From NCBI RefSeq assembly GCF_039654945.1, contig NW_027361869.1, positions 7,378,001-7,442,000 of the forward strand: a DNA stretch of 64,000 bases. Direction: 5' to 3'. How positions within the stretch are numbered: the first letter of the stretch is position 1; every line of letters begins with the position of its first letter. Origin of the DNA: Dendrobates tinctorius (taxonomy: Eukaryota). The position numbers and the translations under genes were made by a program. Positions 1 to 14,964 of the stretch are shown here, one piece after another. The notes below the pieces were generated by a model. The model made no database searches. It saw only the letters and a list, made by a program, of their open reading frames with translations, and had not been told where the DNA came from.

Positions 1-1524
1 GCTCTGCAGTGACGAGGTTGTGGCAATGATCATGCAGTTCTGCAGGGATGATTCAGTAGCACAGATCATACAGCCCTGCAGGGATGAAAGGGTGGCACTG
101 ATCATAGAGCTCTGCAGGGAAAAGTTGGTGACACTGATCATACACCTTTGTGGCGACAAGGTGATGGTACTGATCATACAGCTCTGCAAGGACCAGGTGG
201 TGGCACTGATCATAAAGCTCTGCAGGGATGAGGTGGTGGCACTGATCATACAGCTCTGCAGAGAGGAGGTGGTGGCACTGATCATACACCTCTGCGGGGA
301 CAAGGTGGTGACACTGATTATACACGTCTGTGGCGACGAGGTGCTGGTACTGATCATACAGCTCTGCAGGGAGGAGGTGGTGGCACTGATCATACACCTC
401 TGCAGCAACAAGGTGGTGGTACTGATCATACAGCTCTGCGGGGACAAGATGGTGGCACTGATCATAAAGCTCTGCAGGGAGGAGGTGGTGGCACTGATCA
501 TACAGCTCTGAATGGAATAGGTGGTGGCACTGATCATAAAGTTCTGCAGTGACGAGGTGGTGGCACTAATCATACTGCTTTGCAGGGAGGAGGTGGTGGC
601 ACAGATCATACAGCTCTGCAGAGAGGAGGTGGTGGCACTGATTATACAGCTTTGCAGGGAGGAAATGGTGGCACTGATCATACAGCTCTGCAGGGAGTAG
701 GTGGTGGCACTGATCATACAGCTCTCCCGGGACAATTTGATGGCACTGATCATACAGCTCTGCTCGGACAAAGTGTTGGCACTTATGATACAGCTTTGTG
801 GGGACAAGGTGGTGGCACTGATCATACAGCTCTGCAGTGACGAGGTCGTGGCACTGATCATGCAGTTCTGCAGGGATGATTCAGTAGCACAGATCATACA
901 GCCCTGCAGGGATGAAGTGGTGGCACTGATCATACAGCTCTGCAGGGAAAAGTTGGTGACACTGATCATACACCTCTGTGGCGACAAGGTGGTGGTACTG
1001 ATCATACAGCTCTGCAAGGACCAGGTGGTGGCACTGATCATAAAGCTCTGCAGGGATGAGGTGGTGGCACTGATCATACAGCTCTGCAGAGAGGAGGTGG
1101 TGGCACTGATTATACAGCTTTACAGGGAGGAGATGGTGGCACTGATCATACAGCTCTGTGTGGACAATTTGATGGCACTGATCATACAGCTCTGCTCGGA
1201 CAAAGTAGTGGCACTTATGATACAGCTTTGCGGGGACAAGGTGGTGGCACTGAACATATAGCTCAGCGTGGACAAGGTGGTGGCTCTGATCTTAAAGCTC
1301 TACAAGGATTAGGTGGAGGTTCTAATCATACAGCTCTGCAGGGAGGAGGTGGTGGCACTGATCATACAGCTCTGCGAGGACAAGATGGTGGCACTAATCA
1401 TAAAGCTCTGCAGGGATGAGGTGGTGGCACTGATCATACAGCTTTGCGTGGACAAGGTGGTGGCACTGATCATGTAGCCCTGAGCGGAGGACGTGGTGGC
1501 ACTGATCATACAGCTCTGCAAGGA

Positions 1525-1694
1525 AAAAATAACTCAAAGATGGATGGGAATGAGAAATCCCACAGGATAAAAAAGATGCTACATGAATGATAAAAATAAT
1601 AACAATGATAATAATAAATGGCACAATTTTTATTTTTTTAAATAAAGATGCCTTTATTAAAATATTGACACAACAATTAAGTGCATTAAAAAAA

Positions 1695-1740
<46 letters not shown>

Positions 1741-2047
1741 GTATACAATCACTTTAGCCAAAACCAATCCATATCAAAAAGGCTTAATTAATGAACCAGG
1801 TACAAAAATGCATATATATAGTGACACAAGGATAATTACATAAAAAGAAAATAAATATATGTATAATGAATGTGCCCAAAGTGCAGAGGTGCAGCTGTGC
1901 AAAAAATTCAAATCGCACTAAGGCGTGTGCAACAAAACACAAAGTGTAAAATACCTGTAAGCAGATTGACTCTATGTGAGTTGTATAAGAAAATGCCCCG
2001 ACGGGCGTTTCGGAAATAAATCTCCTTCGTCAGGTGGATAGATACGC
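1525..2047 (-). mobile_element. AT-rich insert with (TA)n, probable Penelope-like element terminal fragment, copy 1
   Basis: Non-satellite sequence flanked by the 9-bp direct repeat CTGCAAGGA (1516-1524, 2048-2056). Minus strand carries CTGACGA...CGAAACG, typical of Penelope-like terminal repeats. Family assignment is inference. Confidence 0.55.
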
Positions 2048-5000
2048 CTGCAAGGAGTAGGCGGTGGCACTGATCATACAGCTCTGCATGGAAAGGTGGT
2101 GGCACTGAACAAACAGCTCTGCAGGGAAAAGGTGGTGGCACTGATGAGACAGCTCTACAGGGAGGAGGTGGTGGCACTCAACATACTTGTTTGCCGGGAT
2201 GAGGTAGTGGCACTGATTATACAGCTCTGCAGGGATGAGGTGGCGGCACTGAAGATACAGATCTGCAGGGATGAGTTGGTTGCACTGATCATAAGGATCT
2301 GCAGGGACAAGGTTGTGTCACTGATCTTAAAGCTCTGCAGGGATGAGGTGGCACTGTTCATACAGTTCTGCAGGGAGGAGGTGGTGGCACTGATCATACA
2401 GCTCTGTGTGGATAAGATGGTGGCAATGATCATACAGCTCTGCAGGGAGGAGGTGGTGGCACTGATCATACAGCTCTGTGTGGATAAGATGGTGGCAATG
2501 ATCATACAGCTCTACAGGGAGGAGGTGGTGGCACTGAACATACTTGTTTACAGGGATGAGGTAGTGGCACTGATCATACAGCTCTGCAGGGATGAGGTGG
2601 TGGCACTGACGATACAGCTCTGCAGGGATGAGGTGGTTGCACTGATCATAAAGCTCTTTGGGGAGGAGGCGGTGGCACTGATCATAAGGCTCTGCAGGGA
2701 CAAGGTTGTGTCACTGATCTTACAGCTCTGCATGGATGAAGTGGTGGCACTGATCATACAGTTCTGCAGGGAGGAGGTGGTGGCACTGATCATACAGCTC
2801 TTCAGGGAGGAGGTGGTGGCACTGATCACACAGCTCTGCAGGGAGTAGGTTGTGGCACTGATAATACAGCTCTGTGTGGCTAAGATGGTGGCACTGATCA
2901 TACAGCTCTGCATGGAGGAGTTGGTGGCACTGATCATACAGCTCTGCAGGGAAGAGGAGGTGACACTTATCATACAGATCTGCAAGGATGAGGTGTTGGC
3001 ACTGATCATACAGCTTTGCGGGGACAATGTGGTTGCACTGATCATACACCTCTGCGGTGACAAGGTGGTGGTACTGATCATACAGCTCTGCATGGAGAAG
3101 GTGGTGGCACTGATCATACAGTTCTGCAGTGACGATTTGGTGGCACTAATGGTACAGCTCTGCAGGGATGAGGTAGTGGCACAGATCATACAGCTCTGCG
3201 GGGACAATGTGGTGACACTGATCATAGAGCCCTGCAAGGGCCAAGTGGTGGCACTGATCATAAAGATCTGCAGGGAAGAGTTGGTGGCACTGATCATACA
3301 GCTCTGCGGGGACAATGTGGTGACACTGATCATAGAGCCCTGCAAGGGCCAGGTGGTGGCACTGATCATAAAGATCTGTAGGGAAGAGTTGGTGGCACTG
3401 ATCATACAGCTCTGCAGGGACGAGGTGTTGGCACTTATCATACAGCCTTGCGCAGACAAGGTGGTGGCACTGATCATACATCTTTACGGGGACCATGTGG
3501 TTATACTGATTATACATCTCTTTAGGGATAAGTTGGAGGCACTGATCATGTGGTTCTGCAAGGATGAGGTTGTGGCACTGATCATACAGCTCTGCAGAGA
3601 GGAGGTGGTGGCACTGATCATACAGCACTGTGTGGACAATTTGATAGCACTGATCATACATCTCTGCTCGGACAAAGTGGTGGCACTTATGATACAGCTT
3701 TGCGGGGACAAGGTGGTGGCACTGATCTTATAGCTTTGCAAGGATGAGGTGGAGGTACTAATCATACTGCTCTGCAGTGAAGAGGTGGTGGCAATGATTA
3801 TACAGCTCAGCGCGGACAAGGTGGTGGCACTGATCAGACAGCTCTACAGGAAGGAGGTGGTGGCACTGAAAATACTTGTTTGCCGGGATGAGGTAGTGGC
3901 ACTGATTATACAGCTCTGCAGGGGTGAGGTGGTGGCACTGAAGATACAGTTCTGCAAGGATGAGGTGGTTGCACTGATCATAAGTCTCTGCAGGGACAAG
4001 GTTGAGTCACTGATCTTAAAGCTCTGCAGGGATGAGGTGGTGGCACTGATCATACAGTTCTGCGGGGAGGAGGTGGTGGCATTGATCATACAGCTCTGCA
4101 GGGAGGAGGTGGTGGCACTGATCACACAGCTCTGCAGGGAGTAGGTGGTGGCACTGATCATACAGCTCTGTGTGGATAAGATGGTGGCAATGATCTTGCA
4201 GCTCTGCAGGGAGGAGTTGGTGGCACTGATCATACAGCTCTGCAAGGATGAGGTGTTGGCACTGATCATACAGCTTTGCGGGGACAATGTGGTTGCACTG
4301 ATTATATATCTCTTTAGGGATAAGTTGGAGGCACTGATCATGCGGTTCTGCAGGGATGAGGTTGTGGCACTGATCATACAGCTCTACGGGCACAAGGTGG
4401 TGGTACTGATCATACAGCTCTGCAGGGAGGAGGTGGTGGCGCTGTACATACAGCACTGCAGGGAAAGGTGGTGGCACTGAACATACAGCTCAGCGTGGAC
4501 AAAGTGGTGGTACTGATCAGACAGCTCTACAGGGAGGAGTTGGTGGCACTGAACATACAGCACTGCAGGGAAAGGTGGTCGCACTGAACATACAGCTCAG
4601 CACGGACATAGTGGTGGTACTGATCAGACAGCTCTACAGGGAGGAGGTGGTGGCACTGAACATACTTGTTTGCAGGGATGAGGTAGTGTCACTGATCTTA
4701 CAGCTCTGCAGGGATGAGGTGGTGGCACTGAAGATACAGCTCTGCAGGGATGAGGTGGTTGCACTGATCATACAGCACTGTGGTGAGGAGGCGGTGGCAC
4801 TGACCATAAGGCTCTGCAGGGACAAGGTTGTGTCACAGATCTTACAGCTCTGCAGGGATGAGGTGGTGGCACTAATTATACAGTTCAGCAGGGAGGAGGT
4901 AGTGGCACTGATCATACAGCTCTTCAGGGAGGAGGTGGTGGCACTGAACACACAGCTCTGCAGGGAGAAGTTGGTGGCACTGATCATACAGCTCTGCAGG

Positions 5001-8000
5001 GAAGAGGTGGTGACACTGATCATACACCTCTGCGGCCACAAGGTGGTGGTACTGATCATACAGCTCTGCAGGGAGGAGGTGGTGGCACTGATCACACAGC
5101 TCTGAAGGGAATAGGTGGTGGCACTGATCATACAGTTCTGCAGTGACGAGGTGGTGGCACTAACCATACAGTTCTGAAGTGACGAGGTGGTGGCACTAAT
5201 CATACAGCTTTGCAGGGATGAGGTAGTGGCACAGATCGTACAGCTCTGCAGGGAAGAGGTGGTGACACTGATCATACAGTTTTGCAAGGATGAGGTGTGG
5301 CACTGATCATACAGCTTTGCGGGGACAATGTGGTTGCACTGATTATATATATATCTTTAGGGATAAGTTGGAGGCACTGATCATGCGGTTCTGCTGGGAT
5401 GAGGTTGTGGCACTGATCATACAGCTCTGCGGGGACAAGGTGGTGACACTGATCATACACCTCTGCGGCGACAAGGTGGTGGTACTGATCATACAGCTCA
5501 ACAGGGAGGAGGTGGTGGCACTGATCATACAGTTCTGCAGTGATGAGGTGGTGGCACTAATCATACAGTTCTGCAGTGACGAGGTGGTGGCACAGATCAT
5601 ACAGCCCTGCAGGGACGAGGTGGTGGCACTGATCTTATAGCTCTGCGGGGACAAGGTGGTGACACTGATCATACACCTCTGCGGCGACATGGTGGTGGTA
5701 CGGATCATACAGCTCTGCAGGGAGGAAATGGTGGCACTGATCATGCAGCTCTGCTCGGACAAAGTGGTGGCACTTATGTTACAGCTCAGCGTGAACAAGG
5801 TGGTGGCACTGATCTTAAAGCTCTACAAGGATGAGGTGATGGTTCTAATCATACAGCTTTGCAGGGAGGAGGTGGTGGCACTGATCATACAGCTCTGCGG
5901 GGACAAGATGGTGGCACTGATCATAAAGCTCTGCAGGGACGAGGTGGTGGCACTGATCATACAGCTTTGCATGGACAAGGCGGTGGCACTGATCATATAG
6001 CTCTGAGGGGATGACGTGGTGGCACTGATCAAATAGCTCTGCAGGGATTAGGTGGTGGCAATGATCATACAGCTCTGCAAGGAGTAGGCGGTGGCACTGA
6101 TCATACAGCTCTGCGGGTACTAGGTGGTGGTACTGATCATACTGCTCTGTGCTGACCAACTGGTGGCACTGATCATACAACTTTGTGGTGACAAGGTGGT
6201 GGCACTGATTATACAATTCTGCGGCTACAAGGTGGAGGCACTGATCACACAGGTCTGCAGGGAAAAGGTGGTGGCACTGAACATACAGCTCAGCACGGAC
6301 AAGGTGGTGGCACTGATCAGACAGCTCTACAGGGAGGAGGTTGTGGCACTGAACATACTAGTTTGCAGGGATGAGGTAGTGGCACTGATCATACAGCTCT
6401 GCAGGTATGAGGTGGTGTCACTGAAGATACAGCTGTGCAGGGATGAGGTGGTTGCACTGATCATGCAGCTCTGTGGGGAGGAGTTGGTGGCACTGATCAT
6501 GCAACTCTGCAAGGACGAGGTGTTGGCACTGATCATACAGCTTTGCGGGGACAATGTGGTTGCACTGATTATACATCTCTTTAGGGACAAGTTGGAGGCA
6601 CTGATCATGCAGTTCTGCAGGGATGAGGTTGTGGCACTGATCATACAGCTCTACAGGGATGAGATAGTGGCTCAGATCATACAGCTCTGCAGGGACGAGG
6701 AGGTGGCACTGATCATACACCTCTGCGGGGACAATGTGGTGACACTGATTATACACGTCTGTGGCGACAAGGTGCTGGTACTGATCATACAGCTCTGCAG
6801 GGAGGAGGTGGTGGCACTGATCATACAGCTCTGCAGGGAGGAGGTGGTGGCACTGATCATACAGCTCAGCAGGGAGGAGGTGGTGGCACTGATCATACAG
6901 CTCAGCAGGGAGGAGGTGGTGACACTGATTATACAGCTCTGCAGGGATGAGGTAGTGGCACAGATCCTACAGACCTGCAGGGACAAGGTGGTGGCACTAA
7001 TCATACAGCTTTGCGGGGACAATGTGGTTGCACTGATTATACATCTCTTTAGGTATAAGTTGGAGGCACTGATCATGCGGTTCTGAAGGGATGAGGTTGT
7101 GGCACTGATCATACAGCTCTGCAGGGATGAGGTAGTGGCACAGATCATACAGCTCTGCAGGGATGAGGTAGTGGCACAGATCATACAGCTCTGCAGAGAG
7201 GAGATGGTGACACTGATTATACAGCTTTGCAGTGAGGATATGGTGGCACTGATCATACAGCTCTGCGGGGACAATTTGATGGCACTGATCATACAGCTCT
7301 GCTCGGACAAAGTGTTGGCACTTATGATACAGCTTTGTGGGGACAAGGTGGTGGCACTGATCATACAGCTCTGCATTGACGAGGTCGTGGCACTGATCAT
7401 GCAGTTCTGCAGGGATGATTCAGTAGCACAGATCATACAGCCCTGCAGGGATGAAGTGGTGGCACTGATCATACAGCTCTGCAGGGAAAAGTTGGTGACA
7501 CTGATCATACACCTCTGTGGCGACAAGGTGGTGGTACTGATCATACAGCTCTGCAAGGACCAGGTGGTGGCATTGATCATAAAGCTCTGCAGGGATGAGG
7601 TGGTGGCACTGATCATACAGCTCTGCAGAGAGGAGGTGGTGGCACTGATTATACAGCTTTACAGGGAGGAGATGGTGGCACTGATCATACAGCTCTGTGG
7701 GGACAATTTGATGGCACTGATCATACAGCTCTGCTCGGACAAAGTAGTGGCACTTATGATACAGCTTTGCGGGGACAAGGTGGTGGCACTGAACATATAG
7801 CTCAGCGTGGACAAGGTGGTGGCTCTGATCTTAAAGCTCTATAAGGATTAGGTGGAGGTACTAATCATACAGCTCTGCAGGGAGGAGGTGGTGGCCCTGA
7901 TCATACAGCTCTGCGGGGACAAGATGGTGGCACTAATCATAAAGCTCTGCAGGGATGAGGTGGTGGCACTGATCATACAGCTTTGCGTGGACAAGGTGGT

Positions 8001-8063
8001 GGCACTGATCATGTAGCCCTGAGCGGAGGACGTGGTGGCACTGATCATACAGCTCTGCAAGGA

Positions 8064-8226
8064 AAAAATAACTCAAAGATGGATGGGAATGAGAAATCCC
8101 ACAGGATAAAAAAGATGCTACATGAATGATAAAAATAATAACAATGATAATAATAAATGGCACAATTTTTATTTTTTTAAATAAAGATGCCTTTATTAAA
8201 ATATTGACACAACAATTAAGTGCATT

Positions 8227-8268
<42 letters not shown>

Positions 8269-8617
8269 TATATATATAGATATATATTAGAGTATACAAT
8301 CACATTAGCCATGTGTTTATGGATAATGGAAAACCAATCCATATCAAAAATTCTTAATTAATGAACCAGGTACAAAAATGCATATATATAGTGACACAAG
8401 GATAATTACATAAAAAGAAAATAAATATATGTATAATTAATGTGCCCAAAGTGCAGAGGTGCAGCTGTGCAAAAAATTCAAATCGCACTAAGGCGTGTGC
8501 AACAAAACACAAAGTGTAAAATACCTGTAAGCCGATTGACGCTACGTGAGTTGTATAAGAACATGCCCCCACGGGCGTTTCGGAAATAAATCTCCTTCGT
8601 CAGGTGGATAGATACGC
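8064..8617 (-). mobile_element. Same AT-rich insert, copy 2
   Basis: Near-identical to 1525-2047 with the same CTGCAAGGA flanks. Confidence 0.55.
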
Positions 8618-9447
8618 CTGCAAGGAGTAGGCGGTGGCACTGATCATACAGCTCTGCGGGGACTAGGTGGTGGTAATGATCATACAGCTCTGTGCTGACC
8701 AACTGGTGGCACTGATCATACAGCTTTGCGGTGACAATGTGGTGGCACTGACTATACAGTTCGGCGGCGACAGGGTGGTGACACTGATCATACAGCTCTG
8801 CATGGAAAGGTGGTGGCACTGAACAAACAGCTCTGCAGGGAAAAGGTGGTGGCACTGAACATACAGCTCAGCGCGGACAGGGTGGTGGCACTGATCAGAC
8901 AGCTCTACAGGGAGGAGGTGGTGGCACTGAACATACTTGTTTACAGGGATGAGGTAGTAGCACTGAACATACAGCTCTGCAGGGATCAGGTGGTTGCACT
9001 GATCATACAGCTCTTTGGGAAGGAGGCGGTGGCACTGATCATAAGGCTCTGCAGGGACCAGGTTGTGTCACTGATCTTACAGCTCTGCATTGATGAGGTG
9101 GTGGCACTGATCATACAGTTCTGCAGGGAGGAGGTGGTGGCACTGATCATACAGCTTTGCGGGGACAATGTGGTTGCACTGATTATATATGTCTTTAGGG
9201 ATAAGTTGGAGGCACTGATCATGCGGTTCTGCAGGGATGAGGTTGTGGCACTGATCATACTGCTCTGCGGGGACAAGGTGGTGACACTGATCATACACCT
9301 CTGCGGCGACAAGGTGGTGGTACTGATCATACAGCTCTGCAGGGAGGAGGTGGTGGCACTGATCACACAGCTCTGAAGGGAATAGGTGGTGGCACTGATC
9401 ATACAGCTCTGCAGGGAATAGATGGTGGCACTGATCATAGAGTTCTG

Positions 9448-9698
9448 ATGATATTGGAGACTGCGGACAGACTGTCACTGGCGTTCTGTATTACAGAGGG
9501 GTAAGGTCGGGGGAAGACGTATACAGTTGTGTGTCATCAGCATAAAGATGCTACCGAAAGCCAAATTTGCTGATGGTCTGTCCAATTGGGGCGGTATAGA
9601 GCAAGAAGAGATGGGGGCCAAGGACTGAGCCCTGAGGTACCCAGAAAGCAAGAGGAAGAGGAGATGAAGTGGAGCCAGCGAACAAAACACTGAAGAAC
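9448..9698 (-). mobile_element. Internal L2 LINE reverse-transcriptase fragment, copy 1
   Basis: Minus strand translates to VPQGSVLGP...[14 protein letters not shown]..(L)YADDTQLY, homologous to the L2 RT at about 31.7-31.9 kb. Confidence 0.9.
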
Positions 9699-9895
9699 TC
9701 TGCAGAGACGAGGTGGTGGCACCGATCATACAGGTCAGCAGGGACGAGGTGGTGGCACTCATTATAGAGCTCTGCAGGGATGAAGTGGTGGCACTGATCA
9801 CACAGCTCTGCGGGGAGGAGGAGGTGGCACTGATCATACAGGCCAAAATTGGGGTACTGTGTATGGCATGCGGATGGAGAGCACATTGATGCTGG

Positions 9896-10054
<159 letters not shown>

Positions 10055-12953
10055 TCATACAGCTCTGCATTGACGAGGTGGTGGAACTGTTCATGCAGTT
10101 CTGCAGGGATGAGGTTGTGGCACTGATCATACAGCTCTGCAAGGACCAGGTGGTGGCATTGATCATAAAGCTCTGCAGGGATGAGGTGGTGGCACTGATC
10201 ATACAGCTCTGCAGAGAGGAGGTGGTGGCACTGATTATACAGCTTTACAGGGAGGAGATGGTGGCACTGATCATACAGCTCTGTGGGGACAATTTGATGG
10301 CACTGATCATACAGCTCTGCGGGGACAAGGTGGTGACACTGATCATACACCTCTGCGGCGACAAGGTGGTGGTACTGATCATACAGCTCAACAGGGAGGA
10401 GGTGGTGGCACTGATCATACAGTTCTGCAGTGATGAGGTGGTGGCACTAATCATACAGTTCTGCAGTGACGAGGTGGTGGCACAGATCATACAGCCCTGC
10501 AGGGACGAGGTGGTGGCACTGATCTTATAGCTCTGCGGGGACAAGGTGGTGACACTGATCATACACCTCTGCGGCGACATGGTGGTGGTACGGATCATAC
10601 AGCTCTGCAGGGAGGAAATGGTGGCACTGATCATGCAGCTCTGCTCGGACAAAGTGGTGGCACTTATGTTACAGCTCAGCGTGAACAAGGTGGTGGCACT
10701 GATCTTAAAGCTCTACAAGGATGAGGTGATGGTTCTAATCATACAGCTTTGCAGGGAGGAGGTGGTGGCACTGATCATACAGCTCTGCGGGGACAAGATG
10801 GTGGCACTGATCATAAAGCTCTGCAGGGACGAGGTGGTGGCACTGATCATACAGCTTTGCATGGACAAGGCGGTGGCACTGATCATATAGCTCTGAGGGG
10901 ATGACGTGGTGGCACTGATCAAATAGCTCTACAGGGATTAGGTGGTGGCAATGATCATACAGCTCTGCAAGGAGTAGGCGGTGGCACTGATCATACAGCT
11001 CTGCGGGTACTAGGTGGTGGTACTGATCATACTGCTCTGTGCTGACCAACTGGTGGCACTGATCATACAACTTTGTGGTGACAAGGTGGTGGCACTGATT
11101 ATACAATTCTGCGGCTACAAGGTGGAGGCACTGATCACACAGGTCTGCAGGGAAAAGGTGGTGGCACTGAACATACAGCTCAGCACGGACAAGGTGGTGG
11201 CACTGATCAGACAGCTCTACAGGGAGGAGGTTGTGGCACTGAACATACTAGTTTGCAGGGATGAGGTAGTGGCACTGATCATACAGCTCTGCAGGTATGA
11301 GGTGGTGTCACTGAAGATACAGCTGTGCAGGGATGAGGTGGTTGCACTGATCATGCAGCTCTGTGGGGAGGAGTTGGTGGCACTGATCATGCAACTCTGC
11401 AAGGACGAGGTGTTGGCACTGATCATACAGCTTTGCGGGGACAATGTGGTTGCACTGATTATACATCTCTTTAGGGACAAGTTGGAGGCACTGATCATGC
11501 AGTTCTGCAGGGATGAGGTTGTGGCACTGATCATACAGCTCTACAGGGATGAGATAGTGGCTCAGATCATACAGCTCTGCAGGGACGAGGAGGTGGCACT
11601 GATCATACACCTCTGCGGGGACAATGTGGTGACACTGATTATACACGTCTGTGGCGACAAGGTGCTGGTACTGATCATACAGCTCTGCAGGGAGGAGGTG
11701 GTGGCACTGATCATACAGCTCTGCAGGGAGGAGGTGGTGGCACTGATCATACAGCTCAGCAGGGAGGAGGTGGTGGCACTGATCATACAGCTCAGCAGGG
11801 AGGAGGTGGTGACACTGATTATACAGCTCTGCAGGGATGAGGTAGTGGCACAGATCCTACAGACCTGCAGGGACAAGGTGGTGGCACTAATCATACAGCT
11901 TTGCGGGGACAATGTGGTTGCACTGATTATACATCTCTTTAGGTATAAGTTGGAGGCACTGATCATGCGGTTCTGAAGGGATGAGGTTGTGGCACTGATC
12001 ATACAGCTCTGCAGGGATGAGGTAGTGGCACAGATCATACAGCTCTGCAGGGATGAGGTAGTGGCACAGATCATACAGCTCTGCAGAGAGGAGATGGTGA
12101 CACTGATTATACAGCTTTGCAGTGAGGATATGGTGGCACTGATCATACAGCTCTGCGGGGACAATTTGATGGCACTGATCATACAGCTCTGCTCGGACAA
12201 AGTGTTGGCACTTATGATACAGCTTTGTGGGGACAAGGTGGTGGCACTGATCATACAGCTCTGCATTGACGAGGTCGTGGCACTGATCATGCAGTTCTGC
12301 AGGGATGATTCAGTAGCACAGATCATACAGCCCTGCAGGGATGAAGTGGTGGCACTGATCATACAGCTCTGCAGGGAAAAGTTGGTGACACTGATCATAC
12401 ACCTCTGTGGCGACAAGGTGGTGGTACTGATCATACAGCTCTGCAAGGACCAGGTGGTGGCATTGATCATAAAGCTCTGCAGGGATGAGGTGGTGGCACT
12501 GATCATACAGCTCTGCAGAGAGGAGGTGGTGGCACTGATTATACAGCTTTACAGGGAGGAGATGGTGGCACTGATCATACAGCTCTGTGGGGACAATTTG
12601 ATGGCACTGATCATACAGCTCTGCTCGGACAAAGTAGTGGCACTTATGATACAGCTTTGCGGGGACAAGGTGGTGGCACTGAACATATAGCTCAGCGTGG
12701 ACAAGGTGGTGGCTCTGATCTTAAAGCTCTATAAGGATTAGGTGGAGGTACTAATCATACAGCTCTGCAGGGAGGAGGTGGTGGCCCTGATCATACAGCT
12801 CTGCGGGGACAAGATGGTGGCACTAATCATAAAGCTCTGCAGGGATGAGGTGGTGGCACTGATCATACAGCTTTGCGTGGACAAGGTGGTGGCACTGATC
12901 ATGTAGCCCTGAGCGGAGGACGTGGTGGCACTGATCATACAGCTCTGCAAGGA

Positions 12954-13116
12954 AAAAATAACTCAAAGATGGATGGGAATGAGAAATCCCACAGGATAAA
13001 AAAGATGCTACATGAATGATAAAAATAATAACAATGATAATAATAAATGGCACAATTTTTATTTTTTTAAATAAAGATGCCTTTATTAAAATATTGACAC
13101 AACAATTAAGTGCATT

Positions 13117-13168
<52 letters not shown>

Positions 13169-13527
13169 TATATATATATATATATATAGATATATATTAG
13201 AGTATACAATCACATTAGCCATGTGTTTATGGATAATGGAAAACCAATCCATATCAAAAATTCTTAATTAATGAACCAGGTACAAAAATGCATATATATA
13301 GTGACACAAGGATAATTACATAAAAAGAAAATAAATATATGTATAATTAATGTGCCCAAAGTGCAGAGGTGCAGCTGTGCAAAAAATTCAAATCGCACTA
13401 AGGCGTGTGCAACAAAACACAAGGTGTAAAATACCTGTAAGCCGATTGACGCTACGTGAGTTGTATAAGAACATGCCCCCACGGGCGTTTCGGAAATAAA
13501 TCTCCTTCGTCAGGTGGATAGATACGC
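12954..13527 (-). mobile_element. Same AT-rich insert, copy 3 (longer TA tract)
   Basis: Near-identical to 8064-8617, with the TA tract 20 bp longer. Confidence 0.55.
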
Positions 13528-14357
13528 CTGCAAGGAGTAGGCGGTGGCACTGATCATACAGCTCTGCAGGGACTAGGTGGTGGTAATGATCATACAGCTC
13601 TGTGCTGACCAACTGGTGGCACTGATCATACAGCTTTGCGGTGACAATGTGGTGGCACTGATTATACAGTTCGGCGGCGACAGGGTGGTGACACTGATCA
13701 TACAGCTCTGCATGGAAAGGTGGTGGCACTGAACAAACAGCTCTGCAGGGAAAAGGTGGTGGCACTGAACATACAGCTCAGCGCGGACAGGGTGGTGGCA
13801 CTGATCAGACAGCTCTACAGGGAGGAGGTGGTGGCACTGAACATACTTGTTTACAGGGATGAGGTAGTAGCACTGAACATACAGCTCTGCAGGGATCAGG
13901 TGGTTGCACTGATCATACAGCTCTTTGGGAAGGAGGCGGTGGCACTGATCATAAGGCTCTGCAGGGACCTGGTTGTGTCACTGATCTTACAGCTCTGCAT
14001 TGATGAGGTGGTGGCACTGATCATACAGTTCTGCAGGGAGGAGGTGGTGGCACTGATCATACAGCTTTGCGGGGACAATGTGGTTGCACTGATTATATAT
14101 GTCTTTAGGGATAAGTTGGAGGCACTGATCATGCGGTTCTGCAGGGATGAGGTTGTGGCACTGATCATACTGCTCTGCGGGGACAAGGTGGTGACACTGA
14201 TCATACACCTCTGCGGCGACAAGGTGGTGGTACTGATCATACAGCTCTGCAGGGAGGAGGTGGTGGCACTGATCACACAGCTCTGAAGGGAATAGGTGGT
14301 GGCACTGATCATACAGCTCTGCAGGGAATAGATGGTGGCACTGATCATAGAGTTCTG

Positions 14358-14608
14358 ATGATATTGGAGACTGCGGACAGACTGTCACTGGCGTTCTGTA
14401 TTACAGAGGGGTAAGGTCGGGGGAAGACGTATACAGTTGTGTGTCATCAGCATAAAGATGCTACCGAAAGCCAAATTTGCTGATGGTCTGTCCAATTGGG
14501 GCGGTATAGAGCAAGAAGAGATGGGGGCCAAGGACTGAGCCCTGAGGTACCCAGAAAGCAAGAGGAAGAGGAGATGAAGTGGAGCCAGCGAACAAAACAC
14601 TGAAGAAC
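14358..14608 (-). mobile_element. L2 RT fragment, copy 2
   Basis: Matches copy 1 at offset 4910. Confidence 0.9.
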
Positions 14609-14805
14609 TCTGCAGAGACGAGGTGGTGGCACCGATCATACAGGTCAGCAGGGACGAGGTGGTGGCACTCATTATAGAGCTCTGCAGGGATGAAGTGGTG
14701 GCACTGATCACACAGCTCTGCGGGGAGGAGGAGGTGGCACTGATCATACAGGCCAAAATTGGGGTACTGTGTATGGCATGCGGATGGAGAGCACATTGAT
14801 GCTGG

Positions 14806-14964
<159 letters not shown>

